From the NCBI GenBank assembly GCA_965240325.2, contig OZ251243.1, forward strand, positions 558,001-622,000: DNA of 64,000 nucleotides, read 5' to 3'. This document shows, piece by piece, positions 1 to 12,202 of the stretch (the first letter of the stretch is position 1; the number at the start of each line of letters is the position of its first letter). Under the pieces are notes generated by a model. That model was not told the DNA's origin and searched no databases. It worked only from the letters and a program-made list of their open reading frames with translations. A program made the translations under genes and the position numbers. This stretch comes from Rebecca billardiae RCC1528. Lineage: Eukaryota; Protista; Haptophyta.

Positions 1-251
1 CCGCCGAGCGCGCGCTGCTCGGCACCATGCGGCGCGAGCTGGGCATGCGCTGCCTGCGTGGCCAGGCCAAGATGCTCATCGCCCGCGCGCGCATGGCGCA
101 CGTGCGCCCGGGGGCACGCGCCCGCGGGGGCACTGCGTACGACGACTGCTTCGAGACGACGGCTGACGACGCGTGGCACCGCGACCACCGCGGTGGCGCG
201 CGCGCGTCGACGCCAGACGGTGCGTCGAGCTTCCGCTCGGCGATGGAGTGA
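1..251 (+). CDS. 3' end of an unidentified CDS entering from the left edge
   Basis: GC3-rich open frame ending at TGA 249-251, followed by AT-rich intergenic sequence; no recognisable domain. Confidence 0.45.
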   Translation, partial: AERALLGTMRRELGMRCLRGQAKMLIARARMAHVRPGARARGGTAYDDCFETTADDAWHRDHRGGARASTPDGASSFRSAME

Positions 252-1805
252 TGGGCGACTACGAGGGGGGGGGGACGACGGCGAGGAGCGCTGATCCTGG
301 TGTTTGTCTCTGCTGCTCGATCTGCCGCTACAGCTTGCTGACTCTGACGCCTGCCCGTTGCATACCACGTCGTTAATATATATATATAATAAGCAGTCGT
401 AGATCGAGTGATGAACGACGAATAAGTAATGCCCTGGTGCCAGCTGATCTCTCTCTCTCCGTCTCTCTCTCTCTAGGTTACTCTATCTCTCTCTCTCTCG
501 GCCTGTTTTATTTCTACCAGATTCCATTTACTATGTCACGGCGACAAACCCGTGCCCGCCAGTGGGAATCGGTGTCACGCCCCGTTCAGTGTACCTCTCA
601 CGGCCGATCGCCCGATGGCGGCCTCGGCGTGCGCGAGGAATGCGATTCCTGCACTCCTCGGTGACCGGTGAGTGCAGGAATCCAGTTGCGGCGCTCGTCC
701 GCCTCGTCGTCGTCGCACACGAGGTACACTGAAGAGCACGGGTCAGAAGCCAGATCTCTCTGCGCGCTCGCGCCCGCGCGGCGAGGCACTGGCAGGCTTG
801 TTCTGGCATCATCTTGGCCAAGACTGCAGCCTGCCAGATGCGCGAGGACGCGTGTGCACGCCTTTCCCGCGTCATGGGTGCGCGTGGCACGCACCCTGTC
901 GTCATCTACGCCGAGGAGGCCTGAGCAACCAGCCCACCAACCTGCCGTGACCACGTTCAAATGCAGGCGGCAAGCTGCATGCGAGCGCACGCAACGGAAG
1001 CATCTCACGCTCGACAAGGAAGTGGCGGCGGAGCGAGTGTAGCTGGTATCGTTTGCAGCCCATCGGTTGTTCAACAATCCTGGTTCAACAACTGACACGG
1101 GCGCGACGCAGCCAAGGCAGAGTGCTTGCAGCTCGCAGCGCGCCCGCAACTGCGGTTTGCCGCCGCGGCGCGGCGATCGTCACACCGCCGTGCGCTGCGA
1201 GTGACCTCTGTGTCATGGCGAAGCACCATGGCAAGGCTAAGCAGCATGCCTTGGCAACACCTTTCGCTACAGCTCAGCGCCCTAGTACGAACATCCGCCA
1301 ACGACGTGCCATCCCTACTCCGCAATCGCGCCGGCACCCACCACCAGCGGGCAAGCCGCCATTTTACCCGGTTTTGGCGAATGTCGCCGTTGGGCTCTCG
1401 TAGAAATAAAACAGGCCCCTCTCTCTCTCTCTCTCACTCTCTCTATATCAGTTAGTTTTGAACGTGATGGTTATAGTGCAGTAGTGCCCGCGCTGCGCGG
1501 GCTCCACGCTGCGAGCTCCACCCTGCACCGCGGGTCATAATTAATCAGAATGTCGGCCGGCTGTCCAGGTCCAGGCCTGCGTGCGCGGCACTACTCCGTA
1601 ATCAGTACTCGGGCTCGGCCGGGGCGGCGTCCGTGACGGCTCGGAATCCGCGCAGCAATCGGCCTGCCAGCAGCACTAAGCCCAGCAGCTGCGGCAACGG
1701 CAGCTCAACCCGCGCATATTTGGGCTCGCCGGCTCCTTGGCGATGGAAGGTGGTGGCGCCGTCGCTCCCCAGCCGTGGCCCGGGATCTGCTGACTGAACC
1801 TCACC

Positions 1806-2909
1806 TCAGAAGATGTGTGCGGCCATGGCGGCGCTCTGAGCTCCCGGCGTGGGTGGGCCCGGGTCGCCTTCGCCGTCCGATGCATCCCCAGACGGCGGTG
1901 CCGCCGCGCTGCGCGGAGGGAGCGGCTCCCCGATGCCGACATGGAGCAGTAGCCGCTTCGACGAGACCTCCGCCGTCGCCTCCACGTCGATCGCCTTGGC
2001 GCGCGCGCGCGTCGGCCGCACGACCTGCGCGTAGTACGCTTCGTCGTCGAGCGCCTGCCTGGGGTCCGTGAGGTCCTCGAGCGGGTCTTCGGGGTCCCGC
2101 GAGGCGCGGGTGCCCCGGATGCGCAGGCTGGCGAATGTGAGCATGCAGATGAGCACGACGCCCACGATGATGCGCACGATGATCGAGCCCACCGAGAAGA
2201 TCCGGATCACGATGAACACGCCGACCGCTGCAAAGCCCATCAGAATCAGCTGAATGCTTGAGCCAAAGATGAGGCAGCGGCGCTTGATCACGGGGACAGG
2301 CGAGGGCCCGTCGGCCGTGCTCGCCGCGACGGGGATAACGTATTGCTGCGCGCACACCTGGCAGGTCAGCCGCTCGTGCAGCTCGAGGTGCCGGCGCGCG
2401 CGGCTGTTGAAGAGCTTCTCGAGGCACGCTCCGTGCACGTGCGTGGTCGTGCAGCCACACACGCTCGAGAGGAGCTCGCCCTCCTCGGCGCCTTCGAGGC
2501 AGACGTAGCAGTGCACGTCGGCGTCGCCCCGCGCCGCCTCAGGGTCAGGCGGCGCTGCCACGGGGGGCGGCGCAATCGGCGGCGCTGCTGGTGCGTGGGC
2601 CAGTGCGGGCTCCGGCGCGCGCGCTGGGGCGTGCATCGTGTGAGCTCCGCCGGGCTCAGATGACGCCTCCGCCGGAGCACCCGGCGGCTTCGACCATGAC
2701 ATCCAGGACCATAAACTACCAGCACCCCACGAGGATGACGGCGTCGCGGGGCTCGCCACCGCAAGCGCCTGCGCCGGAGTTGCGGCGACAGGTGCGGCGC
2801 CCGCTTCTGCCGATGTCGCAGTGGCAGGCGCCGCGCGCGCGTTGCCCTCCTCGATCACCACCTCCACCGGAGCGCCTGTTGGCTTCGACCACGGCGCCCA
2901 AGACCACAT
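1806..2909 (-). CDS. RING-CH (RINGv/MARCH-type) membrane E3 ubiquitin ligase
   Basis: C4HC3 pattern CYVC..VCGC..VHGAC..CQVC followed by two hydrophobic TM segments. Confidence 0.85.
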   Translation of the reverse strand: MWSWAPWSKPTGAPVEVVIEEGNARAAPATATSAEAGAAPVAATPAQALAVASPATPSSSWGAGSLWSWMSWSKPPGAPAEASSEPGGAHTMHAPARAPEPALAHAPAAPPIAPPPVAAPPDPEAARGDADVHCYVCLEGAEEGELLSSVCGCTTTHVHGACLEKLFNSRARRHLELHERLTCQVCAQQYVIPVAASTADGPSPVPVIKRRCLIFGSSIQLILMGFAAVGVFIVIRIFSVGSIIVRIIVGVVLICMLTFASLRIRGTRASRDPEDPLEDLTDPRQALDDEAYYAQVVRPTRARAKAIDVEATAEVSSKRLLLHVGIGEPLPPRSAAAPPSGDASDGEGDPGPPTPGAQSAAMAAHIF

Positions 2910-3985
2910 GGTGCGGACGCGCCTGGCGTGGCCCCGCGATGTTGCCCGCCACCACGGCCCACCGCGACGCGCTCGTCAACGCGCGTCCCGTATGTTCACG
3001 CCCACCCTCACCAGGGCAATTCGCGACCCTACTAGGATACCATTTTCTGGTCTTGGTCATCAGTTCCAAGCTTCTTCACCCGGGCAAGGGAGTCCCTTAT
3101 TCCGGCTCTCTTCCCCAGCCCGGTCCGGACTGCGCCGCCATCGTGCGAGTGCGATGGCGAGGCTACCAGCCAGAGCATGGGTGAGGGCAGCGGCCGCCTC
3201 CCGCCTCGCGGCGCCCGCGCCATCGCCCGTCGTCCTTGCCCCACACGCTACTCGAGTTCTCTTGTGGACGGGGGTGTCACCCACCGTTTCAGGAGTGTCC
3301 CTTAGTCGCGACTGGACGGCGCAGCCGGCTACGCTTGGGGCTCGCACCCTGGCGCTCATCCTCGCTACGATGCGATCAGACGCGGCGCGACTGGAGCACA
3401 CATTCGCGCACGAGATCGCGCCAAATGCGTTGGCGACCTACCATGGCGGCGGCGCAGCCGTGCGCGAGCGGACGCGTGAGAGCAGTGGGAGCCATCGTGC
3501 GCCAGCAGCGAGCATCTGAGACACGTGTGGCACACGTGCTTCGGCCACTGGGGGCGCGCGTGAAGGAGCTGCGAGCAGTGATCGCGACAAACGGCTGCCC
3601 ACTCCCCGTGCGAGCGGACGCCGAGCCCGCCACGTGGGAAGCGTGCCGTGTGGCTGCGCAAGAGGAGTACGCGCCGTCGTTGTCGACCGGCACAGCGCGT
3701 CGAGATGGATTCTGAGATTGTGCAGCTCAGCTCGGGGCAGCCGGCAGGCACGGGCTCCTTCCTGCTGCGCGCGATGCGCGCGATGCGCGCAGCCGGTGCT
3801 GCACGAGCGGGCGTCTCTCGCTCCTCTCGATGCGCACGTCCCACGCTATGATGGCGCGTATCCTCGTCGCCGGGAGCGCCTTGCCCAGGAATTGATGGGA
3901 ATCGATCGATTTTCGCTGAAAAGTTTCGTCGACGAAGAACTACACGCCTTAACCAAGTGTGCACGTTAAAACATAGTAAACTGTA

Positions 3986-5749
3986 GTGATGGAGCCCGTC
4001 GTCTTCACGACGACCTCTTATGGCTCGCTTGACGACTGGCGGTGCCAGCTGGCGCTGGCCACGTGCTCGGCGTGCGCAGCGCTGGGGTACCCACTCATCG
4101 TCTGCGACGCCTCGCCCGACGCCCAGATCGGCGCGCGCTTCGCCGCCCTCGGCGCGACGGTCGTGCGGCAGGTCGGCGCCGGCGCCAAGGGCGACGCCCT
4201 CCGGCAGGCGCTCGCGCGCGCGGCTGAGCTGGCTCGCGGCGCGGCGGGACCGCGGCTGCTCGCGTTCCAGGAGCCTGAGAAGACCGACATGGTCTCGCAC
4301 TGGGCCGCCGTGTGCGCGCACGTGTGTGCGTGCGGCCCGCCGACCGGCGTCGCCGTCGTGCCGGCGCGCCACGGCCGCCTCTTCCGCGACAGCTACGCGC
4401 GCGAGCAACACGAGTCGGAGACGTTCCTGAACACGGCGCTGAACGCGCTCGCCGCGGGTGCCGGGCTGCGCACCGCCCTCGACTGGGCCTTCGGCCCGTT
4501 CGCGCTCAGCCCGGACCTCGCGCACGTGTGGCTTTCGTGTGATGGAGCGCTCTGGGAGGCGCAGCTGGCTGGCATTGCGCGCGCGTGGCGCGGCGGCGCG
4601 CGCGTGCTCGCGGTTGAGGTGGCGTACCGCCACCCGCCCGCGCAGAAGGCGGCGGAGGAGGGCAAGGTCGAGTGGGTGCTCAAGCGTGCCGAGCAGCTCA
4701 GCCGCCTGGTCCCCCTGATGCACGCCGAGTTTGCGCGCGCGCCGCAATCGTCGCTGGCGCGCGACGGCGGCGCACCCGGCTCCGACGGCGGCGGCGGCGC
4801 GGGCAAGCTGGTGCTGATCACGGGCGCGGGCGGGAACCTCGGCGTGAAGATTGCGCGGCACCTGCTCGTACACGCCCAGCCGCACCGCGTGCGCCTGCTC
4901 GACCGCCTCGATACCGACGCGGTGCGCGCTCGGCTGCTTGGCGGCGCGGCCGCCGCGGTCGTCGCGGCGGTCTCGGCCGCGCCGGAGCGCGTGGAGGCGT
5001 TACAGCTGGACCTGTGCGAGTGGAGCGGCGCGCTCGTGCGCGCGATGCACGGCGTGGACGCGTGCATCCACCTCGCCGCGCAGAACCCCTTCCCCGAGGC
5101 CAGCTGGGCGGACTGCGCCGCCTCGTGCGACATCCACGCACACGTGCTCGAGGCGGCCGCACGGGCACACGTGCCACGGCTGCTGCTGGCGTCGTCCAAT
5201 CACGTGCTCGGGAACCACTGGCGGGACGGCGCGGAGCTGCGGCCGGAGGAAGGGGCGGGCGCGCTCGGCGCTGGCGCGGAGCTGCGCCCCGGCACGCGCT
5301 TCGACCTCGCCCCCGTCGCCGCGATGGACTGCATGCCCTACGCCGCCGCAAAGCTCTTCGGCGAGCGTCTGGGCGCGGCGGTGGCGCGCTGCTCGCCGTC
5401 GACCCGAGTGCTGGCCGTGCGGATCGGCTGGTGCCAGCCCGGCGAGAATCGGCCCGCGACACTCTCGGTGACGGGCACGCCGACCATCGCGGAGGGCGCG
5501 TCGGCCGAGCCGCCGCACGGGCCCGACGCCGCGGCGCGGCACACCATCGAGGCGTGGTTCAAGTCGATGTGGCTCTCGAACGCCGACCTCGGACGGCTGG
5601 TCGACGCAGCGCTGAGCGCCGACCTGAGCGCGCTGCCCAGATCCGATCTCGTCGTGCTGAACGGCGTCTCGGCCAACGCGCGCTCGCGCTGGAGCGTGGA
5701 GAACCCGATCGGGTACGGGCCCCAGGAGGACGTGCACGCTGCGGCGTGA
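3986..5749 (+). CDS. Fusion of a GT-A-like N-terminal domain and an NAD-dependent epimerase/dehydrogenase (uronate dehydrogenase-like extended SDR)
   Basis: C-half has LITGAGGNLG, HLAA, ASSNH, YAAAK, RIGW and MWLS..D; N-half has LIVCDASPD, KGDALRQA, FQEPEK and DWAFGP; Gly linker between the halves; intronless. Confidence 0.8.
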   Translation: MMEPVVFTTTSYGSLDDWRCQLALATCSACAALGYPLIVCDASPDAQIGARFAALGATVVRQVGAGAKGDALRQALARAAELARGAAGPRLLAFQEPEKTDMVSHWAAVCAHVCACGPPTGVAVVPARHGRLFRDSYAREQHESETFLNTALNALAAGAGLRTALDWAFGPFALSPDLAHVWLSCDGALWEAQLAGIARAWRGGARVLAVEVAYRHPPAQKAAEEGKVEWVLKRAEQLSRLVPLMHAEFARAPQSSLARDGGAPGSDGGGGAGKLVLITGAGGNLGVKIARHLLVHAQPHRVRLLDRLDTDAVRARLLGGAAAAVVAAVSAAPERVEALQLDLCEWSGALVRAMHGVDACIHLAAQNPFPEASWADCAASCDIHAHVLEAAARAHVPRLLLASSNHVLGNHWRDGAELRPEEGAGALGAGAELRPGTRFDLAPVAAMDCMPYAAAKLFGERLGAAVARCSPSTRVLAVRIGWCQPGENRPATLSVTGTPTIAEGASAEPPHGPDAAARHTIEAWFKSMWLSNADLGRLVDAALSADLSALPRSDLVVLNGVSANARSRWSVENPIGYGPQEDVHAAA

Positions 5750-6001
5750 CGTGGCCGCGCAGCTTGGCGCAGAGTAACACGGGCACCGGTGACCGGAGCT
5801 CTTGTCGGAGTCTTGTCCGGAGTCGTCTTCGGTCTTGTTACTACTTGTAGTTGTACTCTTGATCATCAGATCTGCAGCAGTCTCATGTAAAGTTCGCTCA
5901 CGATCCGACGACACGCGCCCTGGGACGGACCGACACGCGACCTGCACAGTGGCCGTGCCGGGCGTGACGACCGTGGTCGGACGGCTCCGATATATAGCAG
6001 T

Positions 6002-6110
<109 letters not shown>

Positions 6111-6496
6111 TAATATAGTCGTAGTATTGACTATAGTTCTGGACTCAGCAAAATTTCGTTCCGAAGGGCGGCGTATATATATAAGTTAGTTATGCCATCG
6201 CCGAGGCTTCAATTATGCTGCCCGTGAAGTGCGGTATCACTGACTGACTCTCAGTCTCATGCCGACATTGCAGTCCGGCGCGGCGGCCACCGCGCGCGCG
6301 GCGGTCACGGGTCACTAGTTCCGAGCCGCGACAGCCGTGTCTGTCCGCCCGCCCGTGACCGAGGCCCGCGGCGCCGCGGGCCGCGCAGCAGACTGTCCGC
6401 CGGCCCGCAAGCGCTGCCAATAATCGGCCCATCGGAGCCGCGGATGCCATGAGCGGGGCAGCGGCGGATGACGAGGACTAAGACCTCAAATTACTA

Positions 6497-7156
6497 CTAA
6501 GACTGAGACCACAGCCAAGGAGCCTGCACTGTAGCTAGATGGCGCCGCCTGGCGCCGGGGCCTGCCATGTGCGTCGGCAGCTTGGGTGCCACCTCCGCGA
6601 GAGCATCTGTGCATTCGCGCTCGTTCTGCTCGTCCTCGAACGCCGCCCAGCACTGCGGCACGCCCTCCACGCACGTGTCCCAGATCCTCGCGAGCACCTC
6701 GTACCCAGACATGTCGACGTGGGACACGTCTGGCTGCGGGGTCGCGTTTGCGTCCGCCGGCTGCTCTTCGTCAAACGCTGCGTCAAGCACGCTGGCGGGG
6801 AGCGCCGGGTCGGGGCACGACTCGTCGAGCGTGGACGCGATCGTGGCGTCGATCTGTGCGCGGTACTCCGCCCGCTTCTCGATCATGACCCGCCTGGCCT
6901 CCGGTATGCTCATGCCGCGCTCGTTCACACCGTAGAAGGCCACTATCGACGTGCATGAGAGGTCAGCCAGCACTTCCATGGAGCACATCGCCGCAGCGAG
7001 CTGGGCAGTCTCCGTGGCGATCAGCGCTGTACCGGGCGGGTCGCCGCCGCGAGGCCGCAGCCCGAGCCAAAGCCCGAGCCCGAGCCCGAGGCCCAAGACG
7101 ACGACGCAACCCAACGCGCCGATGGCATGCCGCTTCGAAAGCTCCATGGGAAGCAT
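6497..7156 (-). CDS. Hypothetical type II membrane/secreted Cys-containing protein
   Basis: ATG at 7156 or 7147; N-terminal hydrophobic segment AIGALGCVVVLGLGLGLGLWLGL; coding-like composition; ends ARRRHLATVQAPWLWSQS. Confidence 0.6.
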   Translation of the reverse strand: MLPMELSKRHAIGALGCVVVLGLGLGLGLWLGLRPRGGDPPGTALIATETAQLAAAMCSMEVLADLSCTSIVAFYGVNERGMSIPEARRVMIEKRAEYRAQIDATIASTLDESCPDPALPASVLDAAFDEEQPADANATPQPDVSHVDMSGYEVLARIWDTCVEGVPQCWAAFEDEQNERECTDALAEVAPKLPTHMAGPGARRRHLATVQAPWLWSQS

Positions 7157-7292
7157 GAATTTGAGCCTCGCCTTTCGCGCTCCGACGACGACGGTTGGTC
7201 GAACGCGTTTTACGCGAACACACGCAGTTTCGTCACATTCAGGAGCACAGCCACAGGGAGGGGCTGCCGGACCAGCTGTCAGCGTCCGAAGT

Positions 7293-9248
7293 TCAGTACC
7301 AGTTGACCGCATACGGCGCGTTGTCGCACCCCTTCTCGCTCAGCTCTCGGAACGGGAACATGTGCAGCCAGTAGTTGGCTGCGTACTTGATGCCGCGCTC
7401 GACCTCGAGCGCCTCGTGGTCGGTGCGGTCGTCGCGCTCGAACGGGTCCGCGTCGAGCACCGACGTCCAGAGCAGCGCGCGCCCCTTCTTCGGCTCCACG
7501 GTGATATTCAGCCTCGGGAAGCGCGTGCCGCCCCCGGCCTCGACATCTGAGAGGTACATGAAGAACGTGTACAGCCGCGGGCCCCACGCGGAAGCGCGCG
7601 GCGAGTTTTGGTCCTGCGGCGTACGCAAACGCGCAACAGCAAAAAAATCCAAATACATGTAGTCGTTGTGCCATCAAACATACGACGATTATGGCACCAT
7701 GGCAGGGGCCGGGCACGGGCGTGCCACGAGTGGGCGGGTCCCGTGAGAGGTCGCAGGGCGCAGGCAGCCGGTACGCAGCCGGAGAGGCACACTCGCGCGC
7801 ATGGCCCTCAAGCTTAGGCAGCACGTGCGCACCGCGCAGCCTTTATATTCTTGATGCCGTTTGCGCGCGCGCCGCGCGCTCACGCGCGGGCCTCTGCAGC
7901 GCGCTGCACGCACATGGTGTGTCTTGTAGAACTGGCCCGGCTCGTACCTGCAGCGCGAGCGGCGAGGCGTGCGCGCACGCAGCGTGGGGGCACACGTCAT
8001 GCTCAGCAGGCCCATCACACCGCACGCCAGCGCCCGCGCGCTCGCTGCAACAGCAACCATTTTCTGGGCAGTGCCCACGGCGCCGAGCGCGCGGCGCGCG
8101 CGACACCACGCCGCCGCGCGCGCGTCCAGCGCGCACCGCAAGGCCTGCATGAACTCCGCGTTCTCGGTGGGCACGCCAGTGAGCCGCTCCACCCGGTTCT
8201 GCACGTCGATCACCGTCGCATCCCGCAGGCAGCGCCGGCGGCACCAGGAGGTCGAGGATGTGCGCACCGCCTGCTCGCCGTCCCCGGCCAACGAGCGGGA
8301 CCAGTTGTCTGAGCCGGCGGCCAGGACCGCGTCCGCGTCCTTCGAGCTGAGGAAGTCGTCGATCGTGAGCACCCATGGGTCGGTGGAGTGCACGTGGACC
8401 TTGCCGCCAGCCAGCGCCGCGCGCACACGCGCGACCGCCTCCGCATCCTCCGCGGCGGCGCCCTCGCCACCCGCCTCCGCCCCGGCTGCACCGCCGGCCG
8501 CTCGGATCAGTTCGAACATTCGCTCGACGCTGCCCTTGACCGCGGCGGCGGGTCGGGAGCGGTCGCGCGTGCACTGGGTCTCGTTGCTCACGTCGCACGA
8601 GACGCACGACCACGCGCACTCCTCGCGCATCCGCGGGCGCGTGTAGCAGCCGCCGCCGCGCGACAGCTCCTCGCAATCGTCACGCTTGTCCGAGCACGCC
8701 TCCGACTGGCAGAGCCGGCACGCGACGCGGCACGAGGAGTTCATGAAGCTCGGGTTGGTGCCGCACTCGCCGATGGAGGCCCACGTCGCGCACATGCGGT
8801 GCGTGTCCGCGCACGCCGGCGCGGCGCTCGGCGAGCCCGGCGGTGCCGTGCACAGGCCGCACGCCGGCCGGCACGCCTTGTGCATGTAGCCTGAGTTCTT
8901 CTCGCACTCGCCGCTCTGCGCCCAGTTCACGCAGTCGGGCGATTCGTTTTCGCAAGGGAGCGCGACCGACTCTGCCTTGCGCACACGCTCCACGTGCGCG
9001 GCCACGTCATCCTCTGAGAGATCCTCGCTCGCGAGGCGCTGCCCGCGCTCCGACGGCGTGCGGGCCGGCGTCGTGCTTGCGCCGGCGTCGCCGCCGAGGA
9101 GCCACGGGCGCAGACCCGCCAGCTCGAAGGCGAGGACGCCGATCACGACGGCACCGACCCACGCCACGTAGTTCACCGGCTGTGGCTTCGACGCCGCCCG
9201 CTTGGCGGCGGCCTGCGCAGCGGCGGCCTTGTCGCGCTTCTGCCCCAT
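7293..9248 (-). CDS. Prolyl 4-hydroxylase with N-terminal anchor and three ShK-like domains; exons 9248-8137, 7947-7914, 7613-7293
   Basis: ShK pattern (C..CVNWAQSGECEKNSGYM..C...C..C); RTSSTSW; the spliced junction gives YKTHHDQN (HxD); TFFMYLSDVEAGGGTRF; HEALEV..GIKY; GT-AG introns 7948-8136 and 7614-7913. Confidence 0.92.
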
Positions 9249-9446
9249 GCTGGTGGGCGCGAGTGCGGTAGCGACAAAGGGCGTGTAAAATGTTCTAAAA
9301 TGTTTATGCCCGCCTTTTCCACCTCCCGCCCGCACGCGCCTTGGTGAGTTCCTCGGTCGGACTCCGCCGCTCCGCGACGAGCACGGCGCTTCATCGATCG
9401 CCGGGCCGCCGGGGCACCTAGTCCTATGGAGACTCAGCACGCTCGC

Positions 9447-10757
9447 TCAGTCAGCATGGCTGTGCGCCGCCCGCGTCGATGCGCGTGGCTGACCGCCTCT
9501 ATTCCACTCACCAGCCTTCGCGCCACCGCCGCCGCCGACGCGCCCACGCGCGCCCGGCCGCTGCGCTCGCCTGTCGAGCCTTCGGACGAGCCACAGGCCG
9601 AGGCGCTTGCTCAGCGCAAAGAGGGGCAGCCTGCGCGGCACCCGCGCGCTGTGCGCGTGCGCCCGCGGCTCGGAGACGGTGGCGAGCACCACAAAGAGCG
9701 GGAAGACGAAGGCGACCACGCCGTAGCTCACGAAGGCGGGGAACGCCACCGAGAGCAGCGCCAGCGGCAGCCCGAACCCCGCCATAAACACCCACTGCCC
9801 CTCGAGGGCCGCCAGCCGGTCGTCGATGCTCCAGCCGTGCAGAGCCCAGCTGTACTCGAAGCAGAAGAACGCCCAATACCACGCGAGGTGCAGTACGTGC
9901 AGCACGCCGCCGACGAAGGGCAGCGCGTATACGGCGTACGTCTGCAGCAGGAACGAGTACGTGAGCAGGAAGCTGCGCGCCGCGCGCGCGGACGCCCGGC
10001 GCGACGGGCGGGCGCGCACGCGCGGGCGAGCGGGTGAGAGGGCTGGCCGAGCGTGGGGCGGCGGCGCAGCCATCGCGGAGCCGATGGCGGCGGCGGCGGC
10101 GGCGGCGCACGCGCGCGCACCGCCACGCCTCGTCGCGCAGCACGCGCACGAAGCCGACCACCACGTTGGCCGGCACCTCGCGCCTCTTGCCGAAGCGCAT
10201 CGTGTACGCTCGGTTGGCGATCTCCATGTACCACGTGCAGGAGACGAGGAAGCTGATGAAGTAGGCGGGGAAGACCCAGAGGAGCTGGTAGAGGGCTGAG
10301 AGGAGCTGCTCGAGCGGGAGGTGCATCCGGCTGGTTAGCGGGCTGTGCCTGAGGAGCTGCTCCAAGTGGAGGCGGCCGGACCACGCGCGCGCGCGGGCAG
10401 GGCGTGAGCACGGCGCGTGGCGCGGCGGCGCGCACGGCGCACGACGTGCGGGCACGGCGCACCAGCCGAATGCACGGCATGATCGCATAGTCCATCACAA
10501 GTATGCTCCCGAGGAAGAGAAGGCCGTTCAGCACGAAACACTGGAACGTGCGCACGCGGATGCGCTCAGAGTCTGCGCATGGCGCGAGCGCGCAAAGCAC
10601 AGGCCGCACGGTCAGCGGTGCGCCGTGCGGCTAGCGGGCTGGGGCGTTGCGTGGACAGCGCACCCCAAAGGTACTGCAGAAGCTGCCGCCCGTGCGATGC
10701 CGCTCGAATGCCGTCCCAAAAAACGCGCCACGGCCGCGCGTCGTCATGGCTGGCCAT
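9447..10757 (-). CDS. EI24: Etoposide-induced 2.4 (EI24) family membrane protein; exons 10757-10664, 10572-10463, ~10356-10121, 9972-9447
   Basis: FQCFVLNGLLFLGS, LWVFPAYFIS...WYMEIA, YCFEY-like FCFEYSW and W.FMAGFGLP motifs; three GTGCGC..AG introns restore the frame (acceptor 2 is uncertain). Confidence 0.85.
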
Positions 10758-12097
10758 CAGCCAGAAGGCACCGTCCTGGCGGTGGCCAGGCGGAGGGGCG
10801 GCCGGTCGCCTAAAGCCGGAGCCATGAATTCGTCATCTTCACGGCCGCCATTTTTTCTACCGTACCGAAGCTTGCCGGATGAAAACGCCACGAATTATGA
10901 TGGCGGCGCGGCCCCGTCCGCGTGCTCGGTAGTAGGAGGTGGTGGCGGCGGTGGTAGTAGTAAAGGGCCAACCCAGTATACCTTTCAGGCAGCCGCCATC
11001 GTGCGCTCACGTGCCCACGTCGTGGGGCGAATTTGTGGACCGTTTCCAGCGACGGGTCGCCGTCCCCGACTCCACGGCCAGTTCTGACGCGCCGCGGACG
11101 GAGTGTGCCCCGCGTGGCCGCACTCCGCTCACGTTCTGACCCTCGTACTCGTCGACGGGCGGCGGCCGGAGCCGATCTGCAACTCGCGTGCACGTCCGAA
11201 GCCGAGCTCGAGAGGATGTGGCAGCTGAGCTTGCGCGAGGAGAGGCGGCTCGTGCCCGAGTGGCACGACGCCGCACGCGGCACGGTCGCACCCGGGCCGG
11301 CCCGTGTGCGCCGCAGGCTGCCTCGGGCTCGGCCGGTCGCGCCGCCGGAACAATCTATAACCTGACCGATCATCAGCAGCCTTGCGCCAGCTCAGTCATT
11401 CACGACCTCAACGATAGCTGACGCTACTGATGCTGTGTCCGAGCTCGGTAGCCGGCAGTTGCGCGGAACCGCGGCCCGGTGCCGGTTTCAGCTGCACTGA
11501 CGTAGTCTCAAGAGTAGTACAAGTCCGGTACCGGGTGACGCAAGCCACTGCCTGGTCGGAGAGGCGCAGACCGGCCGTGACTCACCGCGGGCCGCGTTCA
11601 GCGTATTTCAGCGCCAGAATGCGGGACCAAGTCGCCGCTGTTGGCACTGTTGTAGTACGTACGGTCCGATCAGAATTGATCGTCAAGTTTCGCACGCGCG
11701 GTATGCCACCCATTGACCGCGAGACGCCGGCTCTGGCTTCGGTTGACCCCTGCCAGAGACGGGCACTGTGAGCTCCTTCATGAAGTCACTCGTGAAAACT
11801 AGACGGGACGAGGACCCCAATGGGTGCCTGCTAGATGATGACTTTGTCAGAGAGTTCTGTTACATGACGAGACGAGCGACGCGATCGACGTCGTAAATAC
11901 AGTAGTAATGTATATCATCACGAATAACTACAATAATTACAAGTCGTAGTAGTATGTGTGTATGTCAGTACTATGTGAGTACGTATAATAATGAGACATC
12001 AAGGAATATATAGCTTGGCCGCATGGGCCGCCGCCATCATCAACATCAGCAGCAATCAGCAGCCTTGGCATCATCTAATGCATCACTATCTCTGATA

Positions 12098-12099
<2 letters not shown>

Positions 12100-12144
<45 letters not shown>

Positions 12145-12163
12145 TACATATATATATATATAT

Positions 12164-12200
<37 letters not shown>
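12100..12200. repeat. Compound (CA)n-(TA)n-(TG)n microsatellite, self-complementary
   Basis: Direct reading. Confidence 0.95.

Positions 12201-12202
<2 letters not shown>

Noticed and set aside
3236-3969. Coding-looking fragments in several + frames
   Set aside because: Could be a decayed or multi-intron gene, but I could not build a consistent model or recognise a domain
10897-11365. Small + strand ORF (..TSEAELERMWQLSLREE..)
   Set aside because: No secure start codon or homology; insufficient support
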